Assembly: GCA_025059595.1 (NCBI GenBank)
Contig: JANXDI010000015.1
Coordinates: 89,872 to 153,871, forward strand
Length of the DNA: 64,000 nucleotides
Source of the DNA: Candidatus Calditenuaceae archaeon
GTDB taxonomy: Archaea; Thermoproteota; Nitrososphaeria_A; Caldarchaeales; Calditenuaceae
Reading direction: 5' to 3'
A model generated the notes under the pieces. That model was given only the letters and a program-made list of their open reading frames with translations. It did not search any database and had not been told where the DNA came from. Each line of letters begins with the position of its first letter. Position 1 is the first letter of the stretch. Shown here in pieces: positions 1-8,144 of this stretch. The position numbers were made by a program, and so were the translations under genes.

Positions 1-69
1 ATTCCGAGTATCGTGAGGATACTTCGGCCTCTCCTCTCCCTCAAAGCGCTGAGGGCATATCTCAACGTA

Positions 70-1986
70 TCAATCAGATTCACGACGTTTACGCCTCCCG
101 GCGTAGGCGTAGACCCCAATCAGTACGGCCACGGAGCCCGCGACCAGCATCGCGGGGAAAATCCACCAAGGCCCGCTTTCCTGCTGAGCCTCAGACACTG
201 GTCTCGGAATCTCTAAATCGACTTGGAAGACGCTTGAATAGTTGCTGCGGAAGACGTCTTTGTACTCGACCACTATACTTCCCCTGAATCTCTCGTCTTG
301 AGAGTTTATTTTCAAGTTGAATGGGAGAGGGGCGTTAGGCTTAATCTCGCCTATGAAGGTGCTTGCCTTTGTTCCCGAGCCGCTATTCAAGGAGATTGTT
401 GCAAAGAGGGCGTCTGATATGCCCTCATTCAGGATGTTCCCCGAGATGTATGGCTCTCCACCGACGAAGATGACCCTGACATCGTATATGCGGAGAGTGA
501 TGTATCCCTCGACAACATATCCCACATCCCTCCGCTCCGAGGCCTGCTCCCCCCTATCGCTGATAATGTAGGTGGCGGAGACACTTATCGCGGCTGATGT
601 CCCTGCGACCTCGGGCTCTGCGTATAGCCGCATTAGAAACTCCCAAGTCTGGCCAGGACTCAGAGAGTCAACCAGCCAGTTGTTCGAGCCCACTATCGTT
701 AATCTGGGGTTTAGAGATTGGACCGTTACAGAGACCCTCTTGAGCTCGCTTGAATGTATGTTCTTGATTGTTAGCCTGACAGTCTGAGTCTGGCCTGCAA
801 CGATGCTGGGCTCAGACTCTATCAAGAGATTTGGGGCCTTGGGGGGGATGTCGCCCACGGCCACAGTTATTGTTGCTACCGTGGTTAAGCTGTTATCCGC
901 CGTGTCCTTGAAGGATACTCTAAGAGGTATCTGATAAACTCCGTTCGCGGCTGCCTGAGCCGTTGAGACAAGGGCCGCTATGGTGACCCTCTCACCCGGC
1001 TTGAGGCTGCCCACACTCCAAGACGACTGCCCTATGAGTGAGACTGGCAGACCGGCTGGCTCCGCATTTACCCGGACTTCGCTAACCAAAACTGGGCCCG
1101 TGTTTTCGATGATAAAGGACATGGGCTCAATTGAGCCTGGCTCCATCTTCAGGGGCTCGGAATAGATTCTAACATACGCATCGCTTACCGCCGGCTTCTT
1201 GAAATACATACTCAATACCGATGTGATGTCTGAATAGGACCCGACTGCGTTACGGTATCTCGCGGAGACTGTGAGAGGCATAACTGAGTCGCCGGCCACC
1301 TGTGAAGCATACACGCCTACCACTAGTTTCACCGATTTATTCGGCGGTAACTCTTCAACGACCCAAGGTTGCTCAGTTAGAATCAGCCCATATGATGGTT
1401 GTTGAGGAGGCTGTATAAGGACGCGGATATCTGTAGCCTTGACAGTCCCAACGTTGGTGAGCCACAGCTCAACTGAATTAACTCTGCCTGGCTCAACGAC
1501 CGTGCTGTTTAAGCTGAACTTGAGGACAGGCCTACCCGGAACGTTTATCTTTATAGGGATTGACTGAAGCCGAAGAGAGCCTCCAACTACCCTATACTCG
1601 AGGAGAAGCGTTGCATCGTAATCTTTGCCAACCTCCGCCGACTCCTCAATATTCGCTATAAAGGTTATTTCAAAGACGCCTCCCGGCGGGATTATTCCGG
1701 GGAAGTGAGACTCGACCTCACGAGGCGTCGAAAGGCTCTGAGACCGCATAACCGGCGGAAGCGAAAGAGTCGCCTTGAGGCCGGTTATGCTGTCCTCTTC
1801 AAAGTCGCTTGCGAGGGCCACTGTTAGTCGCACGCCGCTGTCGCCTGGTGCGACCTCTTCTCGGATGTTGCTCTGGCCCCAATAGGTTCCGAGGTATCTA
1901 ACTTCATCCGTGCCTGCATGCGCTGGTGTTATGGGGGCTGATAGGGCCAGGATAAGGGTTGAGATTAGTATGAGAGGTCTAAGCAT
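70..1986 (-). CDS. Large secreted beta-rich surface protein (CARDB/COG1361-like repeats) with N-terminal signal peptide and C-terminal TM anchor
   Basis: N-terminus MLRPLILISTLILALSAPITPAHA (signal). Repeated V-x-L-x-I-x-N-x-G beta-sandwich-like motifs (e.g. GQTQTVRLTIKNIHSSEL, GRVNSVELWLTNVGTV). C-terminal hydrophobic helix plus RRKRRESD. Overlaps the upstream ABC ATPase by 8 nt, so likely co-transcribed. Confidence 0.5.
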   Translation of the reverse strand: MLRPLILISTLILALSAPITPAHAGTDEVRYLGTYWGQSNIREEVAPGDSGVRLTVALASDFEEDSITGLKATLSLPPVMRSQSLSTPREVESHFPGIIPPGGVFEITFIANIEESAEVGKDYDATLLLEYRVVGGSLRLQSIPIKINVPGRPVLKFSLNSTVVEPGRVNSVELWLTNVGTVKATDIRVLIQPPQQPSYGLILTEQPWVVEELPPNKSVKLVVGVYASQVAGDSVMPLTVSARYRNAVGSYSDITSVLSMYFKKPAVSDAYVRIYSEPLKMEPGSIEPMSFIIENTGPVLVSEVRVNAEPAGLPVSLIGQSSWSVGSLKPGERVTIAALVSTAQAAANGVYQIPLRVSFKDTADNSLTTVATITVAVGDIPPKAPNLLIESEPSIVAGQTQTVRLTIKNIHSSELKRVSVTVQSLNPRLTIVGSNNWLVDSLSPGQTWEFLMRLYAEPEVAGTSAAISVSATYIISDRGEQASERRDVGYVVEGYITLRIYDVRVIFVGGEPYISGNILNEGISDALFATISLNSGSGTKASTFIGEIKPNAPLPFNLKINSQDERFRGSIVVEYKDVFRSNYSSVFQVDLEIPRPVSEAQQESGPWWIFPAMLVAGSVAVLIGVYAYAGRRKRRESD

Positions 1987-2683
1987 GTAGAGTCACCTCC
2001 GACTCAACCCTCCCGTCCCTGAGTCTGACAATTCTGTCAGACCTCTCGGCCACCTCGGGGTTGTGCGTCACTATAACCAGAGTGGTGCCTAATGTCTTAT
2101 TGATGTTTCGGAGAATATCTATAATTATCATAGCGTTCTTAGAGTCTAGGTTTCCTGTCGGCTCATCGGCGAGCAATATCCTAGGCCTTCCCACTAGTCC
2201 TCGGGCAATAGCGACACGCTGTTGCTCCCCGCCGCTAAGCTCAAGCGGTCTCTTGCGCGCAGCATCCTTCAACCCCACGAGCCGCAGAGCCTCAAGAGCC
2301 GCAGCCCGCCGCTCCGGAAGCGGGACACCTCTAACTGCGAGTGGAAGAGAGACGTTTTCGAGCGCTGAGAGCCTGTTTATCAGATTGTAGGCTTGGAAGA
2401 CGAAACCGATTTTCCTGTTCCTGATTTCGCTTAGCCTTGAGTCGTCTAGTCCGGAGATATCTATGCCTTCGAGTATCACGCGGCCTCTGGTGGGTCTATC
2501 TAGTGTCCCGGCGATGTGGAGGAGGGTGGATTTGCCGCTTCCGCTGGGGCCCATTACGGAGAGCATCTCACCCCTCCGGACCATCAGTGTGAGTCCGCGG
2601 AGGGCGGGATACTCCGTCTTCCCAATCCTGTAAATTTTCCAGACATCCTCTAACACTATGGCGAACGCGTTATCAGGCTCCAT
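1979..2683 (-). CDS. ABC transporter ATP-binding protein (MacB/LolD/FtsE-like)
   Basis: Walker A GPSGSGKST, ABC signature LSGGEQQRVAIARGL, Walker B ILLADEPTGNLD, H-loop VTHN. Confidence 0.85.
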   Translation of the reverse strand: MEPDNAFAIVLEDVWKIYRIGKTEYPALRGLTLMVRRGEMLSVMGPSGSGKSTLLHIAGTLDRPTRGRVILEGIDISGLDDSRLSEIRNRKIGFVFQAYNLINRLSALENVSLPLAVRGVPLPERRAAALEALRLVGLKDAARKRPLELSGGEQQRVAIARGLVGRPRILLADEPTGNLDSKNAMIIIDILRNINKTLGTTLVIVTHNPEVAERSDRIVRLRDGRVESEVTLHA

Positions 2684-2727
2684 GCTGAGATTTAGTCACC
2701 GCCCGAGCTATTAAATCATAAATAAGC

Positions 2728-4008
2728 TCACGGAGGAGGCTGTTTCCAGTATAGCTTCGTCTGCCGGGTTATGGAGGTAGTTAAGAGGCTCCTCCTGAGG
2801 TAGGCTTGAAGCCCAAGCCTTAGCCTATCCTTTATGAGTTCGAGGGCTTCTGCTAGGCTACCGCACTTTACCGGCCTCTCTTTGAGGGCTGCTCGGACTA
2901 TCTCCCTAAACCGCCAAACGCCGAGCGGTATCCATCCCTCATCCACCTCGAAGAAGACTATTGCCCCAGACTGAGCCTTCAGCCTCTCTAGGTGTGTGAG
3001 GATTGGCAGCCTGCACGCGTAGTAGGCTCCGCCCGTGTTTTCTGCGTAGCTGGTCCTCCCCCAAGTAAGCTCGTGGTCGGAGTAGACTTCCATACTCTTC
3101 ACCCACCCTTCCAGCAGCTCAAACATCCAGGGAGTAGGAGTTAGGATTATGTGAGCGGCGTTGTGGAGGGCGCTGAAAGAGTGGAGCCTAAACTCTCCTA
3201 TAATCCTGTAACTCTTGACTCGCCGGAGGGCCATCTTCCCCAGCATATCGTCTACGGCGGTTATACTCCACTCAGTTGGGACGAGTTTTCTATCGATTCT
3301 TCTACCCAAAAGCCCAGAGGAAAGAAGCCTCACGATGTAATATTCGTCGACGCCTCCAGACGTGAGCCTCTCCACGGCCTCAAGAACTGGCATGAATGGG
3401 TCCCCGATAACGCGGTCAACGGGCCTCGGTATCGATGGATTATCAACGAGTCTAATGTATTCAGCCGTCCCCGCCGGCCCATGTGGAGCATGCCTCACAC
3501 CGAAGCCCGGCACAAATCTTACTACGCTGGAGGAGAGCTTGAGCTCTAAATCTACGGGCTTCTGAGAGGCGGATGACTCCTGAATCGCGTCCAAAATTTT
3601 AGGCGGGCTGCGGCTTAGCTTGACGCCTGCTCGACTCCTCCCCAGCAAGATGCTCAACCTCATGTAGAGAAGCTCATCGAGCGGCTTGCTGAGCCAAGAG
3701 CCCGGCGACTCAAGAAGCTTAAAATCTAATTCGGGCGAGAGTACCAGACCCGTGCCCACATAGACGCGGGGATAACCCCACTCGCCCACTAAGACCGTCG
3801 GAGGTGTCGGCCCAAAGACAACCTTCTCACCCCTGACGGCCTTCAGAGCCTCCCTGATGGTACCCCTGTAGTATGGGCATTTCATTAAGCTGCAGTTCTT
3901 AGCAACTCCGCGACAGACCTCGCAACGTAAGGTCTCTAATCGTCTCTCGGAGCCTCCCGCTGAAGCCCAGTCCCAGTTCGCCACACCAGAAATACACTCT
4001 GAACACAT
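2728..4008 (-). CDS. Zn-finger protein, possibly Nre-family (DUF650/DUF651-like) DNA-repair-associated protein
   Basis: N-terminal Cys cluster MCSECISG...CEVCRG...C..CPYY, about 426 aa. Family assignment is from memory of the Nre architecture and is not verified. Confidence 0.3.
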   Translation of the reverse strand: MCSECISGVANWDWASAGGSERRLETLRCEVCRGVAKNCSLMKCPYYRGTIREALKAVRGEKVVFGPTPPTVLVGEWGYPRVYVGTGLVLSPELDFKLLESPGSWLSKPLDELLYMRLSILLGRSRAGVKLSRSPPKILDAIQESSASQKPVDLELKLSSSVVRFVPGFGVRHAPHGPAGTAEYIRLVDNPSIPRPVDRVIGDPFMPVLEAVERLTSGGVDEYYIVRLLSSGLLGRRIDRKLVPTEWSITAVDDMLGKMALRRVKSYRIIGEFRLHSFSALHNAAHIILTPTPWMFELLEGWVKSMEVYSDHELTWGRTSYAENTGGAYYACRLPILTHLERLKAQSGAIVFFEVDEGWIPLGVWRFREIVRAALKERPVKCGSLAEALELIKDRLRLGLQAYLRRSLLTTSITRQTKLYWKQPPP

Positions 4009-4054
4009 TTATTCAAGGCTTCCCGTTTGTGGCTCTCTATGTTCATAGCTTTTA

Positions 4055-5305
4055 GTGGGGGCGGCCGGTATGATAATGCAGGTGGAGATGGCGGCCGGGG
4101 GGATTAGAGAAGCGGTCGTTGTTGCAGCGTCGGAGATCATGGTTAAAGGCGGTTACAGGCCTCGTCTTGAACGGATGCTCGTCAAGAATATTGCGGCTGC
4201 TCTCAGGGGGCGTGGAGTTAGCGTGTATAGGAAGCAGGCGAGGATTATAGTTGAGGCTAAGAGGCCGGGCGAGCTCGAGGAGCTGGCGGAGAGGGTAAGC
4301 CGGGTTCCGGGTGTGAGGTGGGCTCGAGTCGGCTACATCATGCCCCGCGACTATGAACTCCTCATGCGGATCGCGGAAGATACCGTCCGAGAGCATCGAT
4401 ATACACGAATAGCGGTTGAGGCCTCGCGCTCAGACAAATCCTTCCACAAAACTTCTCTCGAAATAAGCAGGGAGATTGGTGAGAGGCTGATGAATTCGCT
4501 TGGAGTCGAGGTGGATTTGCGCAGCCCCGAAACCGTCTTATGGGTGGGTGTGCTGAACGACGCTTTCTTATTTGCATGGCGCCGTATCGACGGAGTTGGA
4601 GGGCTTCCCGTAGGTTCCTCAGGTAGAGTCATCGCGCTTCTCTCTGGAGGAATAGACTCTCCAGTCGCCGCTTGGATGATGATGAAGCGGGGATGCTTAG
4701 TGGACATGCTTCACATTTATGCACAGCCAACGCCACAGGACGTTCTCACGGAAAAGATGGGTGAGCTCTATCGGAGGCTGAGGGAGATAAGTCCAGCCTC
4801 AAGACTTTTTCTCGCCACTTACCACAATTTCCTGAGCTACAGCGCGGAAGCCAAGCCGAGACTGGAGCTCGCGCTTTTCAGGAGATTCATGTTCAGGCTT
4901 GCAGACGCTTTAGCCCGCGAAACTGGAGCGAAGGCCATCGTCGCAGGCGATTCCTTAGGACAGGTCGCATCACAGACAATTGAGTCGATACATGCCGCCT
5001 CTCACGGTCTCAGCTTGCCGGTTCTGCTTCCACTGGTAGGCTTTGATAAGGAGGAGATAATCAGGCTCTCCCAGAAGCTCGGCCTCTTCGAGATATCTAT
5101 TAGGGATTATAAGGACTGCTGCTCGATTGTCTCGCGACACCCTCTACCCAGGCCAAAGCCCGGCGATGTGGAGGCGGAATGGATGAGGCTCGGTATGGAC
5201 GATGTTCTGGCTAAGACACTTCAGGAGGTCTACGTCTTTAATGGCGAAAGGCTCGAGTATTGGAAAAATATATCAATTGGGCGGAGGAGGATTCGGCAGG
5301 AATGA
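4055..5305 (+). CDS. thiI: tRNA 4-thiouridine synthase ThiI (THUMP + PP-loop, no rhodanese domain)
   Basis: N-terminal ferredoxin-like/THUMP region. PP-loop motif LLSGGIDSPVAAWMMMKRG. ThiI-like C-terminal region with Cys (KDCCSIV). Confidence 0.85.
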   Translation: MGAAGMIMQVEMAAGGIREAVVVAASEIMVKGGYRPRLERMLVKNIAAALRGRGVSVYRKQARIIVEAKRPGELEELAERVSRVPGVRWARVGYIMPRDYELLMRIAEDTVREHRYTRIAVEASRSDKSFHKTSLEISREIGERLMNSLGVEVDLRSPETVLWVGVLNDAFLFAWRRIDGVGGLPVGSSGRVIALLSGGIDSPVAAWMMMKRGCLVDMLHIYAQPTPQDVLTEKMGELYRRLREISPASRLFLATYHNFLSYSAEAKPRLELALFRRFMFRLADALARETGAKAIVAGDSLGQVASQTIESIHAASHGLSLPVLLPLVGFDKEEIIRLSQKLGLFEISIRDYKDCCSIVSRHPLPRPKPGDVEAEWMRLGMDDVLAKTLQEVYVFNGERLEYWKNISIGRRRIRQE

Positions 5306-5356
5306 TGAGATTTGTCTCAGCTGAGCTGTGAAGAAACCAGCTCACCCTGACCCAAG

Positions 5357-6973
5357 GTGTATTTCCTGTTGCGTCAAGGCTTTTTTGAGGGTCGATGGGG
5401 CTCAGACGCGGCCCGAAAATACCATGAGGAGACTAAGCACAGCTACGCCAGCGTCAGGTCCAGTTTGGGATTCCTCGACTTTCGTAACAAGCCTTACCCC
5501 TTCAAATACTACGTCAGCGGCTCGAAGATTCAGCTTCCTGAGAATTTTGAGAGGCCGGAAAAATACGCGCTTGAAGCTCTCTCCTGCCGAAAGCGGATGG
5601 AGCCGGGGACTAAGATATCCATCAGCACACTCGCATCTATACTCTATTTCTCTGCGGGGGTCAGCCGAGTCTCAAAGGTGGGGGATAGCCTAATCTGCTT
5701 CAGAGTCGCTCCCGCGACCGGGGCGCTCTACAGCACAGAGCTCTACCCCGTCGTTGGCAGAGTTGAGGGTCTCAATGCGGGCGTCTATCACTTTGACCCT
5801 GCCGAGTTCGTCCTCACCAAGCTGAGGAGCCGAGACTATAGGGGCCGTTTGGCCGCGGCCATTCAAGAGGATGCCGTAGCAGGCTCGCCCTTGTCGGTCA
5901 TCTTCACCGCGGTTGGCTGGAGGAATGCGTGGAAATATAGGGAGCGGAGTTACCGCCACTGGTTTTGGGACGGTGGCGCGGTTATAGCCAACTTTTTAGC
6001 CACCTCATGCTCTTTCGGCTTGGATGCGACGCTTTATGTCGGCTTCGAGGATGGCGTTGTGAATGAGCTTGTGGGCGTGGATGGTGACGAGGAGGCTGCG
6101 TTCGCGGTTGTGTCCGTAGAAGATGTGGGTGCGCGAGGCGAGGCAGCGAATCTTGAAGAAGCCCTAATGCACATAGAGGCTGCGCCGGCACATGATAGAA
6201 GCAAGCCCGTGAAATACCCAATAATTCTGAGGACACATGCCTCCACGTCTCTCTCCACTAGAGAGGATGTCGCAGCCTACCGGGACACAGTTGCCCATCT
6301 CGTCTCGCTGAGGACCCCGGCAGATTTAGGGCTCACAGTTCAAGTGCCTCCCCCATTAGCGAGCACGAAAAAGCTTTGGGAGGTTATCCTTGAGCGAGGC
6401 TCAACTCGTAGGTTTGCGAGGAATGACATAGGGGCCGCCCAGCTCTCAAGCATACTCACATTCAGCTTCGGGCCGCTTAAAGCCGACTTCCTCCCCCAAG
6501 GCCTGCGAACCCTTATTCACCCCCACCTAATAATCAACGCCGTTGAGGGTGTTCCAAGCGGGGCTTATAGATACATTCCAAACTCGGGCGAGCTAAGGCT
6601 ATTGAAGAGGGGGCAGTTCAGGGAGGCTGCCGGGTATCTGTGTTTGGAGCAGAGTCTGGGTAGGGATGCAGCGGTCGTAGTCTTCAACCTTGCAGACCTG
6701 GATGCCGTCTTGGACGTGCTGGGTGGCAGAGGCTATCGCGCAGTTCAGCTTGAAGGCGGTGTCAGGCTTGGGAATCTATATCTTGCCGCTTATTCGCTTG
6801 GGCTCGGTGCTACGGGCCTCACTTTTTACGATGACGATGTCGTCGAGTTTTTCTCCCCAAGCTCTGAGGGCTTGGAGGTGCTGACTGTGGTGGCGATAGG
6901 CCGTCCTGCGTATTCCTCGAGGCCCGGGAGCATCAGGACGAAGACTCTTAAGCACCCCGCCAAGCTGCTTTAG
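5357..6973 (+). CDS. Tandem nitroreductase-fold protein, SagB-type dehydrogenase family (McbC-like oxidoreductase)
   Basis: N-terminal YHEETKHS motif typical of SagB-type dehydrogenase domains. Second half carries the FMN-binding-like ERGSTRRFARNDI motif. 538 aa is the size of two nitroreductase folds. Confidence 0.65.
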   Translation: MYFLLRQGFFEGRWGSDAARKYHEETKHSYASVRSSLGFLDFRNKPYPFKYYVSGSKIQLPENFERPEKYALEALSCRKRMEPGTKISISTLASILYFSAGVSRVSKVGDSLICFRVAPATGALYSTELYPVVGRVEGLNAGVYHFDPAEFVLTKLRSRDYRGRLAAAIQEDAVAGSPLSVIFTAVGWRNAWKYRERSYRHWFWDGGAVIANFLATSCSFGLDATLYVGFEDGVVNELVGVDGDEEAAFAVVSVEDVGARGEAANLEEALMHIEAAPAHDRSKPVKYPIILRTHASTSLSTREDVAAYRDTVAHLVSLRTPADLGLTVQVPPPLASTKKLWEVILERGSTRRFARNDIGAAQLSSILTFSFGPLKADFLPQGLRTLIHPHLIINAVEGVPSGAYRYIPNSGELRLLKRGQFREAAGYLCLEQSLGRDAAVVVFNLADLDAVLDVLGGRGYRAVQLEGGVRLGNLYLAAYSLGLGATGLTFYDDDVVEFFSPSSEGLEVLTVVAIGRPAYSSRPGSIRTKTLKHPAKLL

Positions 6974-7003
6974 CAGTTAGTAACGTCAAAACTATAATTT
7001 GGT

Positions 7004-7999
7004 GTGAGAGAATACGAGTTGGATTTGAGCAGGCTGGCCCAGCTATGCGACTCGTGCGGGGAGGCTCCACCGGTCTATCGTCAGGTTTATTCCGGTGTGA
7101 GCCTCTGCGGCGACTGTTTCAAAGAGAGTATCGAGAAGCGTGTGAGGAGGACTATTTCGAGATACAGCCTCCTCAGGGAGAACGATAGGATTCTCGTCGC
7201 TGTTTCTGGAGGTAAGGATAGCCTCTCCTTACTCAAGATACTTGCCAAGATTGAGAGGGACTTTCCCAGGGCGAGCCTTGTCGCCGTCTCCATCGACGAG
7301 GGCATACCGGGCTATAGAGACGAGGCTCTGCAGTTAGCGGCTGACTTTTGCAGAAGGCTCGGAGTGGAGCATAGGGTGTATTCTTTTGAGGAGCTGTTCG
7401 GTGTCGGCTTAAATGACGCCATCGGGAAGGGGCTTCTCAGTAAGCTAGGCATGGGAGCCTGCACGGTTTGCGGTGTATGGAGGAGGAAGGCTCTCAGCGT
7501 GGCAGCGAGGAGTTTGAAAGCCACAGTCGTCGCGACGGCACACACCCTCGACGACATAGTCCAAACATACTTGATGGATGTTCTTCGGGGAGAGTTTCCG
7601 AAGGCGGCGATAGGTCTGAGACGCGAGGCCAACGGGATAATTCCCCGCGTCGCACCCCTGAGGCAAATCCTCGAAGAGGAAGTTGTCCTCTACGCCTATC
7701 TAAACAGAATACCGTTCCAAGAGACTCCATGCCCAAACGCTAAAGGCTCGCAGCGAGACATCGTAAGGAGCTTTCTAGCCCAGTTCGAGGCCAAATATCC
7801 AGGTTCGCTCTTCACGGCCTTGAGAGTTATCGAGTCAAAGATTGAGCCTCGTTCTGGTCAGTTGCTTCCCTGTGAAATCTGCGGTGAGCCCTCCTCTAGG
7901 AACATCTGCAGGGCTTGCGAGTTTGAGAGGGCCTTCTCAGACCTCCTGTCTCTATCGGGGGAGTTAGTCGGAGCGGATGTTAGTGTAGATGACGTATAG
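7004..7999 (+). CDS. ttuA: TtuA/NcsA-family tRNA 2-thiolation PP-loop ATPase
   Basis: N-terminal zinc finger CDSCG...CGDC. PP-loop SGGKDS. Candidate Fe-S Cys in CTVCG and PCPN. C-terminal zinc finger CEICG...CRAC. Confidence 0.8.
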   Translation: MREYELDLSRLAQLCDSCGEAPPVYRQVYSGVSLCGDCFKESIEKRVRRTISRYSLLRENDRILVAVSGGKDSLSLLKILAKIERDFPRASLVAVSIDEGIPGYRDEALQLAADFCRRLGVEHRVYSFEELFGVGLNDAIGKGLLSKLGMGACTVCGVWRRKALSVAARSLKATVVATAHTLDDIVQTYLMDVLRGEFPKAAIGLRREANGIIPRVAPLRQILEEEVVLYAYLNRIPFQETPCPNAKGSQRDIVRSFLAQFEAKYPGSLFTALRVIESKIEPRSGQLLPCEICGEPSSRNICRACEFERAFSDLLSLSGELVGADVSVDDV

Positions 8000-8144
8000 A
8001 GCGTAGATTGCGAGTCCGAGAAGGAAGAGGATGTAGGCGTTTATATATAGCATGTCGAAAAACTGGCTGGGCGACATCAGGCGCTCCGCACTGAAAGTCA
8101 CGAGCCGCCATATTAACTCTACCCAAAAGCCCTCTTGAGATAAC

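Noticed and set aside
13-216. 67-aa plus-strand ORF at the window start
   Set aside because: It is antisense to the C-terminal region of the 638-aa surface protein and has no recognisable features.
7964-8053. Tiny hydrophobic ORF (MLYINAYILFLLGLAIYALYVIYTNIRSD) antisense to the 3' end of the ttuA-like gene, next to a TTTATATA box
   Set aside because: It is 29 aa and overlaps a well-supported gene. The AT-rich TATA-like sequence more likely serves neighbouring transcription. There is no supporting evidence.
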